This document shows positions 9,986 to 19,976 of a stretch of 64,000 nt of DNA, one piece after another. Source of the DNA: Phycisphaerales bacterium (GTDB taxonomy: Bacteria > Planctomycetota > Phycisphaerae > UBA1845 > Fen-1342). The translations under genes and the position numbers were made by a program. Position 1 is the first letter of the stretch. Each line of letters opens with the position of its first letter. Where the stretch lies: the NCBI GenBank assembly GCA_003162245.1, contig PMMM01000196.1, positions 8,900 through 72,899 of the forward strand. The letters run 5' to 3'. Under the pieces are notes generated by a model that did no database searches, was not told where the DNA came from, and saw only the letters and a program-made list of their open reading frames with translations.

Positions 9986-12488
9986 GGGGTTGCGTGACCT
10001 CTGGCTCCTCGAGGAGATTGACCTCAGCCAGCGCCGCGGTTCTGCGGTTAAGGCGCAAGGTCTTGATCTCGAAGGCCGACAGCGACAGCTTCACGCGCGC
10101 TCCGGCGGACGGCACAAGTACCCGCACGGTTCTCGCACGCCCGGTGGGCTGAAAGAGGCGAATGATCCAATCGCGGCCGTTCTCAGCCTGCTTGACCGCC
10201 GTCACCTGCACCGCGTCATCGCTCACGACGACGCCTGGAGCCGGCTTGCGTCCCTGCCCCGACGGCGAAACGCACAACGCACAGGGCTCCTCGTTGTGAA
10301 CGAGCGCCTCGCGGTCGACGTGCGTCAGGCGCTCCTTCACACGTCCGGCGTTGATCCAGAACCGGAACACGTGCTCGCCCTGGTCCATGCGCGGCGTGTA
10401 GCGGTCTTGCTGCGTGATTGGCAGCCCTGACTCAGTCGGATGCCCGGCGTGGGCCGCTGCCCGCAGCAGCGACAGCCGCACTTCGCCCCCCGCCGCGTCA
10501 ACGCCGTGAATTCGATCGTTGACGACCGTCAGGGCCATGTCCGCCCGCCGCGACACGACGGCCAGCCACTTCTGCATGACCTGCTCATCGCCATCGCCGC
10601 GCAGTTCCTCCATGCCGTACACCACTTGCGCGCGATATGCGGCATCCGGGACCAGCGTCGGCACGGACAGCTTCAGCATGCGGTCCTTCTCGTTCCAGTG
10701 AACGCGCGTTTCGATTTCGATCTCCGTCCCGACCTTCGGCAGCTTGTAGCGCTGGCAGATGCAGGAATCGCCAAACTCCAACAATGCCTCTACGACGCTG
10801 CGGACCGGCCCGTCCTCGATCACGCGCACGCACGGCAGCAACACACCCGGCGTGCCGCTGAAACACGCGCCGCGGGCACGCGACATCCGGTGGAACGAAC
10901 CGACCTCGGTGCGAAACCGCCGCACGGTCATGCCCCACGGATCGGCATTGTCCGCCATGACCAGCGGCTGACACGCCCCACGACCCAGGTAGTCCCGGCC
11001 GCCCACGCGGTACCGGTCGAGCAATCCGGTGCGCGCATTGACGATGACGTCGATGAACGCGGTCTTCAAGCGAAACGCGCCGTGACGCTCCTTCAGCCGT
11101 AGGGCCGATCGCCGGGGCCGCATGACCAGCCGGCAATCGAAGCGATTCATGCGGCTCGGGGCGAGCACCGCCGGGAAGACGACCCGCTTGCGGTGGTCCT
11201 CATTGATGTTGGCGTGCTCCTTTTCCGTCTGTACCGCCAACGGACGCGCACCTTGTCGCACGTGCGGCTGAAGATAGCCGCTCGTCTTGTGCGGCCACAG
11301 CGGCTGAAGCTCGCATTCGACGAGCGTGCGGACAGGGTAGGGGTGAGGATTGTACACCAGAATGGGAAACTCACCGTCGCGCGCCTTGCGTTGCCCGCCG
11401 GCCAAAGCCAGAAAGGCACGCTGCTTCAGACGCGCGACAATCTCCAGGCCGTGGTCCAGGCACTGCACGACCGCATCCTCCACCGGCGCGACCGAGCTGC
11501 CCGGCAAGGCGTCGTGAAACTCGCTGCTCAGCAGGTCGCGCGTGGCCTCATCGAAATCCGCGCGCGGATATGCCAGCAGGCCCTGCATCGCCGCGGTCGC
11601 GGCCATCTTCTCCGTGGCATAGAGCTCGTTTTCCAGCCGGCGGTGCTTCTGCTTGACGCGCGCCATCGACGTGTAACAACCTACGCCCCACGGGTTCAGG
11701 TCCCCTTCGTGACATGGCAGATGTTTGCGGTCACGCCGGAGCTGGGCAAAGTAGCGCTCGGGGGTCGAGTGCCGGATGTCTATGTCGCCCGTGGTGCGCA
11801 TCAGCGCATTCAGCTCGGCGAGGTCCCGCCGCGACGGCCCGCCGCCGTGGTTGCCGACGCCCCACGGCACGATGTCGCAGGTCTGTGCCGGATGGGCTTT
11901 CATCCACGCCAGCAGCTTCTGGCGTGCGCCGCCGGGCGGCGAGTTGTAGTGCGAATCCGCCAGGGTCGCGAGAATCTCCGAGCCGTCGTAGCCGCGCCAA
12001 ATGAACTGCGTCGCCGGCAGGCCCGCGGTGGCGCGGGACGGCCGGCAGAACAGATAGGAGTCATAGCCGCTCTTGGCCAGAATCTGCACGAGCCCGCGGC
12101 TGTGCCCGAACGAATCCAGATTCACCGCGGTGGTGACCTTCACCCCGAAAGTCTGTTGAAAGTACCGCTTGCCCACCAGAATCTGGCGGACAAACGACTC
12201 GCCGCACGGCATGTTGCAGTCCGGCTGCACGTACCAACCGCCCATGATATGCCACGCGCCGGCCCGCACGAGCCGCCGAATCCGCCGGAACAGCGCCGGG
12301 TCGTACTCGGCAATCCAGTGATGGAACATCACTTCATTGCGGTTGAAGACGAAGCCCCGGTTTCGCTCGCAGAGATCAACGACGGTGCGGGCGAGTCCCA
12401 GCGCTTCGGCCGCACCTTCCTGCCATTGCCAAAGCCAGGCCGGGTCGAGATGCGAATTGCACAGCAGATGTACAGTCCTTCGCCGCAT
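9978..12488 (-). CDS. Glycoside hydrolase family 38 (alpha-mannosidase-like)
   Basis: SHLDPAWLW, GGWYVQPDCN, DSFGH, GVGNHGGGP, FHDALPGSS. Confidence 0.92.
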   Translation of the reverse strand: MRRRTVHLLCNSHLDPAWLWQWQEGAAEALGLARTVVDLCERNRGFVFNRNEVMFHHWIAEYDPALFRRIRRLVRAGAWHIMGGWYVQPDCNMPCGESFVRQILVGKRYFQQTFGVKVTTAVNLDSFGHSRGLVQILAKSGYDSYLFCRPSRATAGLPATQFIWRGYDGSEILATLADSHYNSPPGGARQKLLAWMKAHPAQTCDIVPWGVGNHGGGPSRRDLAELNALMRTTGDIDIRHSTPERYFAQLRRDRKHLPCHEGDLNPWGVGCYTSMARVKQKHRRLENELYATEKMAATAAMQGLLAYPRADFDEATRDLLSSEFHDALPGSSVAPVEDAVVQCLDHGLEIVARLKQRAFLALAGGQRKARDGEFPILVYNPHPYPVRTLVECELQPLWPHKTSGYLQPHVRQGARPLAVQTEKEHANINEDHRKRVVFPAVLAPSRMNRFDCRLVMRPRRSALRLKERHGAFRLKTAFIDVIVNARTGLLDRYRVGGRDYLGRGACQPLVMADNADPWGMTVRRFRTEVGSFHRMSRARGACFSGTPGVLLPCVRVIEDGPVRSVVEALLEFGDSCICQRYKLPKVGTEIEIETRVHWNEKDRMLKLSVPTLVPDAAYRAQVVYGMEELRGDGDEQVMQKWLAVVSRRADMALTVVNDRIHGVDAAGGEVRLSLLRAAAHAGHPTESGLPITQQDRYTPRMDQGEHVFRFWINAGRVKERLTHVDREALVHNEEPCALCVSPSGQGRKPAPGVVVSDDAVQVTAVKQAENGRDWIIRLFQPTGRARTVRVLVPSAGARVKLSLSAFEIKTLRLNRRTAALAEVNLLEEPEVTQPHA

Positions 12489-12540
12489 TTGCCATTCTCC
12501 ACGCTACAGCGGGCGTCGTCGTCTCGTCCGAGGTTTGCAC

Positions 12541-13680
12541 TCAGTATGCGCATAACTTGTGGTATTCGTCCAGCATGGCCATGTAGTTGTCGTACTGAGT
12601 ACCGACTGCAATCGAGTGGCTTGCGCCTAGAATGAATCGCCCGCCGGGCTTGGCACACGCGAGGGCGTGCCGCACATCCGCGCGCACATCCGCCGGGCTA
12701 CCGGCGATGAGATGCTCGACGGCGACTCCGCCCCACAGCGTCATTCGGTTGCCCAATTCGCGCTTCAACGTCGCCAGGTCCATCCCCGCGCTGGCCTGTA
12801 TGGATTGATAGGCGTCGTACCCGATTTCCAGGAAGGCGCCCTGCAGCGCGCGGATGTTGCCGCAGCAGTGCTTGAGGACCCGTTTGCCAAACTGCGCGTG
12901 CAGCCGCGCGACGCGCTGCCGGTTGGCCGCCAGAAAGAAATCGCGAAACATGGCCGGGCTGATAAACGGGCCGGCGTTGTACGCGAAATCCTGGTCCCAC
13001 AACACGCCGTCGCTGTCAGTGTGAATCAGCCACTCGTCCGCCAGCTCCTGCTCCCCCAGCAGCCGACGCGTGGCGGCCCGCACGACGTCCGGCTGGCGCC
13101 GCAATCGGCGGCAGCCGCGCGCCAGCCCGCCCAGCAGCACGATCCCGATCTCGCCGCCCGACGGCCCACAGATGAACTTCTCGTCCTTGAAGCGCTGGAC
13201 GACGGCATCCAGGATGCGCCAGGAGCGCTCGTCGCGGACGGGCGGCCGCGGCGGAGCGGCAAAGTCCTCCATGGCGTACGTCTCGGCATCCGCAACTGGG
13301 TCATGAATGCAGGTGATGTCCTGCGAGGCCGACGAGTAGCGATACACCCGACCGTACTTGTCCTCCCACGTGTCGGTACTCGTGCGCCGCGGGGGCTGGT
13401 CATCCGTCTCGGGCGGGATGCGCCACGTCGCCGCCGGGAAAGTCACAATGTCCAGATCGAGTTGCTCATGCAGCGCGATATGGTCCTTGAGATAGCTCTC
13501 GGCCACCTCGGCGTGCCGCCCTTCCCAAAAAGCAATCTGCGACTTGGCCTTCGCGCGGAGGTAGGTCTCGTGGCCCAGGATGCGCTCGACGGTGTCGAAA
13601 TCCACCGCGAACTCACCGATGGGCACGCGATCGGGTTCCAGACCGGCCAGTGTCGCCAGCACGCGCTGCTTCGAGTTCAT
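12541..13680 (-). CDS. Uroporphyrinogen decarboxylase / MtaA-CmuA superfamily protein
   Basis: MNSKQRVLATL..EPDRVP N-terminus, PFISPAMF, KHCCGN, LWGGV, GGRFILG. Confidence 0.85.
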   Translation of the reverse strand: MNSKQRVLATLAGLEPDRVPIGEFAVDFDTVERILGHETYLRAKAKSQIAFWEGRHAEVAESYLKDHIALHEQLDLDIVTFPAATWRIPPETDDQPPRRTSTDTWEDKYGRVYRYSSASQDITCIHDPVADAETYAMEDFAAPPRPPVRDERSWRILDAVVQRFKDEKFICGPSGGEIGIVLLGGLARGCRRLRRQPDVVRAATRRLLGEQELADEWLIHTDSDGVLWDQDFAYNAGPFISPAMFRDFFLAANRQRVARLHAQFGKRVLKHCCGNIRALQGAFLEIGYDAYQSIQASAGMDLATLKRELGNRMTLWGGVAVEHLIAGSPADVRADVRHALACAKPGGRFILGASHSIAVGTQYDNYMAMLDEYHKLCAY

Positions 13681-15704
13681 GCCGGCGCCACGACCTGCAC
13701 GTCCAGGTCTGCGCTCGGCATCGGCAGGCGAACGCCGGACGGGCTGTAGGGCTGGGATTCGCCGGCGACGACCAGTGCGGCCTTCTCACCCGAGCGTGCA
13801 CGGCGCATGCCAACGCGGAGCGTATGCCCGCGCAGCCACAACCGGGCTTCAACACGGTCCAGGCCGGCGAGCAGGCGCGGCCGCAGCACGAGTTCGGCAT
13901 AGCCCGGGCGCACGCCCAGCAGATGGTGAATGAAGAAGCACGCGATCTCCGCCCAGGTCCACGGGATCACGCCGATCTGCGGGCACGGCGGGATCGGACG
14001 CGGGCCGTAGAACTCGAACCACGCACCGGCCCGGCCGCCGGGCACACTTCGCAGCCAGTTGAGGACCCGCCAGACCTTGTCGTCGTCGCCCGCCTCGAAG
14101 TACGCGCGGGCGACGAACAGTGACGCAAACGGCCACGGCCCCGGCGAGTCCGGCTCGGAACTGACGTGGTACCGGCCATAGCCCCCGTGGTCCCAGCGCT
14201 GATTCCACAACTGCTCAACGTCCGCGAGCGTGTTCCGCGCCAACTCCCCCCGCGGATCGACGAACTCCAACGCAATCGGAAGCACCGTCGATGTGTCCGG
14301 TTCCAGGTAGTGCGGCTCGGCATTGGCCAAAGGAACGCCGCCCGGCAGGCCCGCCTCCGCGGCCGGCGTGATCGCTACTTGCACTGCTCCATTCACGTCG
14401 CGCCGCTTGATGAAACGTCCCCGCTCCACCAGACCATAGCGCACGTCACGAAGCATAGCCTCACGGACACGCTTCGACTCGCGCGTCCAACGCTCCGCCT
14501 GCTCCGTCCGTGCGACCAGCCGGGCCAGTCGCGCCGCGCTGTCCAGGCCGATAGCGGCGTAGAGCTGGTGAATCATCTCTATGCCGTCCTGGATCCCATG
14601 CACGTCGTGGCGTTCCCAATACTCCCGCCGGTTGTGTAGCAAGCCTGACGGCCCGTGGCGGAACACCGCGCGCAGCGGAAATTCCACGAGGGCGACGATG
14701 CGCGGCCAGTGACGCCGCAGGATCTCCACGTCGCCGGTCCAATTGACGTACGTTTCCAGTGCCGCCACGAGGTACCCATTCTGATCCAGCTCGACCTCCG
14801 CCGGTTCACGCCGCCGACCGGAGTCCACGCAATCTCCCTCGTCGCTGAGAAACTCCGTGAGCAGGCGCTCGCACATGGTTCTGGCCGTGTCAACGGCTCC
14901 GAGGGAAACCAGCGCCGCTGCGGCACAGGCTTGGTCGCGCACCCATTCCAGGTTGTATTGCCAGATGCTGCCGTCCATCATGCCCGCGGCCGTAACCGCC
15001 GCCGGAAGCTGGTTCCGGGCGGCGCGGAAGAGATGCTCCAGCGTCGGCGACGAGCAGGTGAGCGCGGCGCAGCGTTCCCAGTAGCTGGCCGCCTCGGCGT
15101 GGTCCGGTGCAGCGTCTGACCAACGCACAGCGACCTGGCAGCCATCCCCGCTCCCACGCGACTCATACGACAGCGTGGCTGCCGTCAGTGCATCCCGCGT
15201 CAACTCAAGCGGATACTCCCGCGGGTCCTGTTCCGGGCCGGTGCGCAATGCTGCGCGGAGATTGCCCGGGGACGATTTCCGGACCCGGATGATGCGCGTC
15301 AGGCACGGCGACCGTTGGTCGTGACAGTAGAAGATCTCCGTGACGCGCAGGTCGTCAGCCTGCCAGGTGACCTGCACCGCGGGCACGCCACCGATATCCG
15401 CCCACCGCGCCTCGAGTGTTGGCCCCTGCGGCGCGAACACGCGCGTCCCGACGCGGATGGTGACCGCCGTGGGGGCTAAGCCATGCTGCGGATCGAACGT
15501 GAGTGCCCGGCGTTTGGAACGAAGCTGCTCGGGGTGCAGGATGAGCAGCCCCACCGGCGTGCCTTGGCCGGACGTGCACACCTGCACGGCCGCCTGGATC
15601 AGGCCGTTGCCGAGAAAGAAGTAGTCCACGCCAGCCAGCGTCGTCTTCGCATCGGGCGGCCCCTGCGTTGGGTCATCCGTGTAGACGTGCTCAGCAACAT
15701 CCAT
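13677..15704 (-). CDS. Six-hairpin (alpha/alpha)6 glycosidase-like protein (GH15-like)
   Basis: YNLEWVRD, ELDQNG, EYWE, GYGRY and GPWPF resemble GH15-type barrel motifs. Confidence 0.6.
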   Translation of the reverse strand: MDVAEHVYTDDPTQGPPDAKTTLAGVDYFFLGNGLIQAAVQVCTSGQGTPVGLLILHPEQLRSKRRALTFDPQHGLAPTAVTIRVGTRVFAPQGPTLEARWADIGGVPAVQVTWQADDLRVTEIFYCHDQRSPCLTRIIRVRKSSPGNLRAALRTGPEQDPREYPLELTRDALTAATLSYESRGSGDGCQVAVRWSDAAPDHAEAASYWERCAALTCSSPTLEHLFRAARNQLPAAVTAAGMMDGSIWQYNLEWVRDQACAAAALVSLGAVDTARTMCERLLTEFLSDEGDCVDSGRRREPAEVELDQNGYLVAALETYVNWTGDVEILRRHWPRIVALVEFPLRAVFRHGPSGLLHNRREYWERHDVHGIQDGIEMIHQLYAAIGLDSAARLARLVARTEQAERWTRESKRVREAMLRDVRYGLVERGRFIKRRDVNGAVQVAITPAAEAGLPGGVPLANAEPHYLEPDTSTVLPIALEFVDPRGELARNTLADVEQLWNQRWDHGGYGRYHVSSEPDSPGPWPFASLFVARAYFEAGDDDKVWRVLNWLRSVPGGRAGAWFEFYGPRPIPPCPQIGVIPWTWAEIACFFIHHLLGVRPGYAELVLRPRLLAGLDRVEARLWLRGHTLRVGMRRARSGEKAALVVAGESQPYSPSGVRLPMPSADLDVQVVAPA

Positions 15705-15750
15705 TAGCAGCCCTCGCGCGGGCTCTGCGGCCCCAGCGTCGGCGAGATCG

Positions 15751-16242
15751 TCACGCGATGTAAGTGACGCAATCGACTTCCAGCTTCGCGCCGGGCACCA
15801 CCAGCTCCTTCACAACGACGCTCGACCGAGCGGGCGGGTCCTTGGGAAAGTACTCGACGTAGAGCTTGTTGAACGCCGCAAAGTCGGCCGCGTCGGTGAT
15901 GTACACCGTGCACTTGAGGACCTTGTCCAGGCTGGAGCCCGCCGCCTCGACCGAGGCCTTCAGGTTCTCCAGCACCTGCCGGCACTGGGGCTCGAACTCG
16001 GCGGCTACCAGCTCGCGCGTGCCGGGCTTCTGTCCGACTACGCCGGCGACGAAGACCAGCCGGTCCAGCCGTATGGCACGCGAGAACGTCGGGTACGGAC
16101 TGCCGGGAATGACCTGCCGGCCTGTGGCCGGGGCCGTTGTGGCTGGCGGCGCGGCCGCTGGCCCCGCCAGGCTGGCCCCCGCGCCCACTGCCAGTATCGT
16201 GCCAACCGTACCGATGAAGTCCCGCCGTGACGACTCGCTCAT
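15751..16242 (-). CDS. RidA (YjgF/YER057c/UK114) family protein with Tat signal
   Basis: SRRDFIG twin-arginine signal; ENLKASVEAAGSSLDKVLKCTVY, PPARS, KLEVDC. The longer upstream ORF extension is the antisense of the integrase remnant. Confidence 0.88.
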   Translation of the reverse strand: MSESSRRDFIGTVGTILAVGAGASLAGPAAAPPATTAPATGRQVIPGSPYPTFSRAIRLDRLVFVAGVVGQKPGTRELVAAEFEPQCRQVLENLKASVEAAGSSLDKVLKCTVYITDAADFAAFNKLYVEYFPKDPPARSSVVVKELVVPGAKLEVDCVTYIA

Positions 16243-16284
16243 AGCCAGCTCCCTAACCTGCCCCCGATCTGAATCCCGCGCGGC

Positions 16285-16313
16285 ATTGTAGCTGCGCGGA
16301 CACGGGAGTTGAA
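16285..16313 (-). promoter_or_regulatory. Possible sigma70-type promoter for the RidA-led operon
   Basis: Minus strand TTCAAC-N17-TACAAT, about 45 nt upstream of the ATG. Confidence 0.35.
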
Positions 16314-16878
16314 GCGGTTCCGTTTGCGCCTCCTGATCCGCGATCATGGCGGCATCCACGGCCGAGAATCCCGCGAGCGTGTCAAGCACATGGGTATCGA
16401 GCGAGTCGTCGTCGCGTTCCAGTCGCCTTGGCAGAGTTCGTACGTGGAACGCCTGATCGGTTCGATTCGCCGAGAGTGCCTGGATCACGTGATCGTCTTC
16501 GACGAAGGTCATCTGATTCGGCTTCTGAGGTCGTACCTTGCGCACTACCACGAAGCGCGCACGCATCTCGCGTTGGAACGGAACGCGCCGGTACCACGTG
16601 AGGTCGAGCCGCCGAGCCAGGGCCGCGTCATCGCCATTCCCCAGGTCGGCGGGCTGCACCACCGGCATAGACGGGCGGCGTGACGCGACGCGCTACTCCG
16701 ACCGTCGATGCCCGCCCACCGAGCCTGTCTTCCAGGACGACCATGCGTGATTGCAGCGAGAAAGCCCGCGCTGACCACCTTCCGTTTGCATCCCGCCCGA
16801 CCCGATCGGCCGAGCCTGACCCGTTCAAGCCCTCGCGCGTGGCGCGGACCGCCGCGGATGGAATAGTCGGTATGGACA
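16309..16878 (+). mobile_element. Truncated integrase-core (rve/IS481-like) transposase remnant with probable right end
   Basis: PWQSSYVERLIGSIRRECLDH...GGLHHRHRRAA (16309-16683) with no N-terminus; downstream ...GTCGGTATGGACA resembles a TGT..ACA-type end. Confidence 0.75.
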
Positions 16879-16908
16879 AGTCCGCATCACTCCCCCCGGC
16901 CGCGGTTC

Positions 16909-18438
16909 TCAGAGGCTGCGATCCAGCCGTCGGTACTGGATCGCCTCGGATAGGTGGGTAGCCGTGATGTTTGGCTCGCCCGCCAAATCCGCAATTGTCC
17001 GGGCGACCCGCAGGACCTTGTCGTGGGCCCGGGCGGACAAGCCAAGTTCGCTGACGGCCTGCCGCAGGATTCGTTCTCCGTCGGCGTCGATCGGGCAGAC
17101 CTTCCGCAACTGCCGCGAGCTCATGCTGCCGTTCGTCGTTGTACTGCCCTTGCCGAACCGGGCGCGCTGCACCGCCAGCGCGCGCTCGACCTGCACTCGG
17201 ATCGTCGCGCTGTCCGTCCCGGGCTGGAGGTCGCGCAGCGCAGAGATCGGCACCGCAGGCACCTCGACATGGATGTCGATCCGCTCGAGCAGTGGGCCGG
17301 AAATCCGAGCCAGGTAGCGGTCGATCTGCGGCGCGGAGCACTTGCACGGCTTGCGCGGGTCCGTGAAGTACCCGCACGGGCATGGGTTCATGGCCGCCAC
17401 CAGCATGAAGTCCGCCGGAAACTCCACTGCGCTATGCGCCCGCGAAATGGTGACTACGCGATCCTCGATTACCTGTCGCATCGACTCGAGCACGCTGCGG
17501 TTGAATTCCGGAAACTCGTCGAGAAAGAGAACGCCGTGATGCGCCAGCGACACCTCGCCCGCCTGCGGGATGGTCCCGCCACCCACGAGCGCCGGCGTGC
17601 TGATCGAGTGGTGCGGCTGCCGCACCGGCCGCGTAGCCAGCAGACTCGCACGAGTTGGCAGTTTGCCCGAGGCCGAGTAGATCCGCGTTGTCTCCAGCGA
17701 TTCTTGCAACGACATTGGCGGAAGAATGGTCGGGATACGCTTGGCCAGCATGGTCTTGCCGGTCCCGGGCGGCCCGAGCAGAAGCAGATTGTGACGGCCC
17801 GCCGCGGCCACAAGCAGGGCGCGCTTTACATGCTCCTGTCCGCGGACATCGGCGAAGTCGATGTCGTACTTGGCGGCCTTAGCGAAGACCTGTTCGAGGT
17901 CGACGCTGGTCGGCTCGAGCGGAAGCTGGCCCGACAGGAAGCCAATCGCCTGTGCGAGCGAGTCGATGCCGTAGGCCTCGACGCCATCCACGACTGCGGC
18001 CTCCGCGGCGTTCTCGCGCGGCAGGATCAGTCCGCGGAAGCCGTGGTCGCGGCACAACAGCGCCATCGCCAGCGCCCCCTTGATCGGCCGGACATGGCCA
18101 TCAAGGGCCAGTTCCCCGGCTATCAGAAAATCGTCGGTCAGCTCGCTGCGAAGCTGGTCGTCGGCGAGCAACAGGCCGAGGGCGATGGGTAGATCGAACG
18201 CCGGGCCCTCCTTCTTGATGTCGGCGGGGGCGAGGTTGACGGTGGTTTTGGTCTTGGGCAGTGCGTAACCCGAGTTGAACAGCGCGCTGCGAATGCGGTC
18301 GATGCTCTCTTTGACCGCGGAGTCGGGCAGGCCCACGAGCGTTATCGTGCCGAACCCTCGGCCACTAACGTCGACCTCAACCTCGCACGGGTACGCCTCA
18401 ATCCCGGCGAGCGCCAGGCTGTTGACGCGAGCAAACAT
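16909..18438 (-). CDS. comM: YifB/ComM Mg-chelatase-like AAA+ ATPase
   Basis: VGLPDSAVKES, NLAPADIKKEGPAFDLPIA, GPPGTGKT, SLAHHGVLFLDE, AAMNPCPCG, RVARTIADL. Confidence 0.93.
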   Translation of the reverse strand: MFARVNSLALAGIEAYPCEVEVDVSGRGFGTITLVGLPDSAVKESIDRIRSALFNSGYALPKTKTTVNLAPADIKKEGPAFDLPIALGLLLADDQLRSELTDDFLIAGELALDGHVRPIKGALAMALLCRDHGFRGLILPRENAAEAAVVDGVEAYGIDSLAQAIGFLSGQLPLEPTSVDLEQVFAKAAKYDIDFADVRGQEHVKRALLVAAAGRHNLLLLGPPGTGKTMLAKRIPTILPPMSLQESLETTRIYSASGKLPTRASLLATRPVRQPHHSISTPALVGGGTIPQAGEVSLAHHGVLFLDEFPEFNRSVLESMRQVIEDRVVTISRAHSAVEFPADFMLVAAMNPCPCGYFTDPRKPCKCSAPQIDRYLARISGPLLERIDIHVEVPAVPISALRDLQPGTDSATIRVQVERALAVQRARFGKGSTTTNGSMSSRQLRKVCPIDADGERILRQAVSELGLSARAHDKVLRVARTIADLAGEPNITATHLSEAIQYRRLDRSL

Positions 18439-18490
18439 GAAAGGGATTCTACTGACGAACGCACTCGAACAGAAGCGGGCATTGCACGAA

Positions 18491-19878
18491 GGTGACGTAT
18501 CCTGCCGTGTGTAATCCCTGTTCGGCGGAAAAGAAGAGCGTATCCTCCGGCCCAAGTTCGAGGTCGCGAGTTCAGGAGGACACGCCCATGCGATTCGTGG
18601 CAGCCGAGTTGGATCAGGTCCACGTTACCATGCCGAGCCTCTGGCCGTTGGTCAAGGAGCCCGAAGAATTCTGGGGCGACCTCAGCCGCCACGGCCGGGA
18701 GCTGCTCAAAACGCTCCTGGAGGGCACGCTGGAAGCCTGGCGTGACCAGTGGGTCGAAGTCGCCTGGCACCAGCCGGCCGCAGACCGCCGGACGTCCCGC
18801 AACGGCTACGACCGGCGGAAACGCTGGGCCACCACGCTGGGCCCGCTGGAGAACGTGCGCGTGCCGCGTTGCCGGGACATAAGGCCTGACCACCCACATG
18901 TTCCAGCGGCTGGCCCGCCACGACGAAGCCCTCAGCCAATCGGCCGTGGACATGCTGCTGGCCGGGGTGAGCACGCGGCGGGTCGGCGAGCTGCTGGACC
19001 AGGTCCTGGACCTGCCGCTCTCGGCCGGCCAGGTGAGCCGGCTGGCCAAGCGGCTGGACGCCGAGGTGCGGGCCTATCACCTGCGGCCCGTGCCGGACCG
19101 CTATCGGTATCTGCTGCTGGATGGCATCCACTTGAAGGCCCGCGGCACGCCGCGTTTGTTCCAAACCGGCCTGCGGCGCAGCCGCAAACGCGTGCTGCTG
19201 GTGGCGTTGGGCGTGATGGCGGATGGGCACAAGGAGGTCATCGATTTCCAGGTGGTTAACGGGGAGACCACGTCGGCCTGGGAAGGCTTCCTGCGGGGCC
19301 TGTCGCAGCGGGGCTTGGCGGGCCAGCCGCTCAACTTGATTACGACCGATGGTGGCGGCAGGGTGCAGGCGGCGGTGGAGCTGGTCTATCCGCACGTGCC
19401 GCGGCAGCGCTGCTGGTTCCACAAGATGCAGAATGTGGCCAACTTGGTGCGCAAGCGGGATCGCCAGGCGGTGCTGCATGGGTTACGCGCCGTGTACAGC
19501 GCCGCGACCCGCCGGGCGGCTCTGGCGGCGTACACGGCCTGGGGCCGCCGTTGGCAGGCGCGTTATCCGGAGGCGGTGCGGTGCGTGGAGCGTGATCTCG
19601 AGGAGTTGCTGGCGGTGTTTGACCTGCCGGCGGAGCATCGGCGGATGGTGCGGACGACGAATCCGATCGAACGGATGTTCCGGGAGGCGCGGCGCCGGAC
19701 GCGTTCGATCGGGACGTTCGTGAACGATGCGAGCATCGAGCGGATCGTGTTCGGGTTGGTGGCGTACTTCAATCGCAAATACGCCGCCCGCGTGTGCCCG
19801 GCCTTCCGCACAAAACGGCACGTGGCCTGAGGTGCTCTTCTTGAACCCGAATCATTACACACGAGAGTTGACGTTACC
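18491..19878 (+). mobile_element. IS256-family insertion sequence (about 1.39 kb)
   Basis: Imperfect 25-bp terminal inverted repeats, GGTGACGTATCCTGCCGTGTGTAAT vs GGTAACGTCAACTCTCGTGTGTAAT (19/25), bracket the transposase; no target-site duplication visible. Confidence 0.85.
18588..19830 (+). pseudogene. IS256 transposase with +1 frameshift near 18880
   Basis: RNGY and VPRCRD in one frame; GVSTRRV, LDGI, TDG, QRCWFH and RTTNPIERMFRE in the next; junction GAC-ATAA-GGC has one extra base. Confidence 0.85.
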
Positions 19879-19976
19879 GCGCGTGCCGGGCAGATAGTGC
19901 GTGGGGGGCAAACATTGTACGATGAATCGCCGCGGCTGTCCGTGGTCGTCGTGGTAATCTGGGATAAGGATGAAGG

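Noticed and set aside
16243..16668. N-terminal extension making a 305-aa RidA fusion
   Set aside because: It is the reverse strand of the integrase remnant; the real start is the Tat-signal Met at 16242
16909..18438. comM interrupted by an integrative element
   Set aside because: The ORF is full length with all motifs; no split or att duplication seen
18870..18900. Programmed ribosomal frameshift in IS256
   Set aside because: The shift is +1, there is no slippery heptamer, and IS256 transposases are normally single ORFs
19897..19976. GT2-like start (PRLSVVVVV) right of the IS
   Set aside because: Too short and does not continue into a GT2 fold; may be chance
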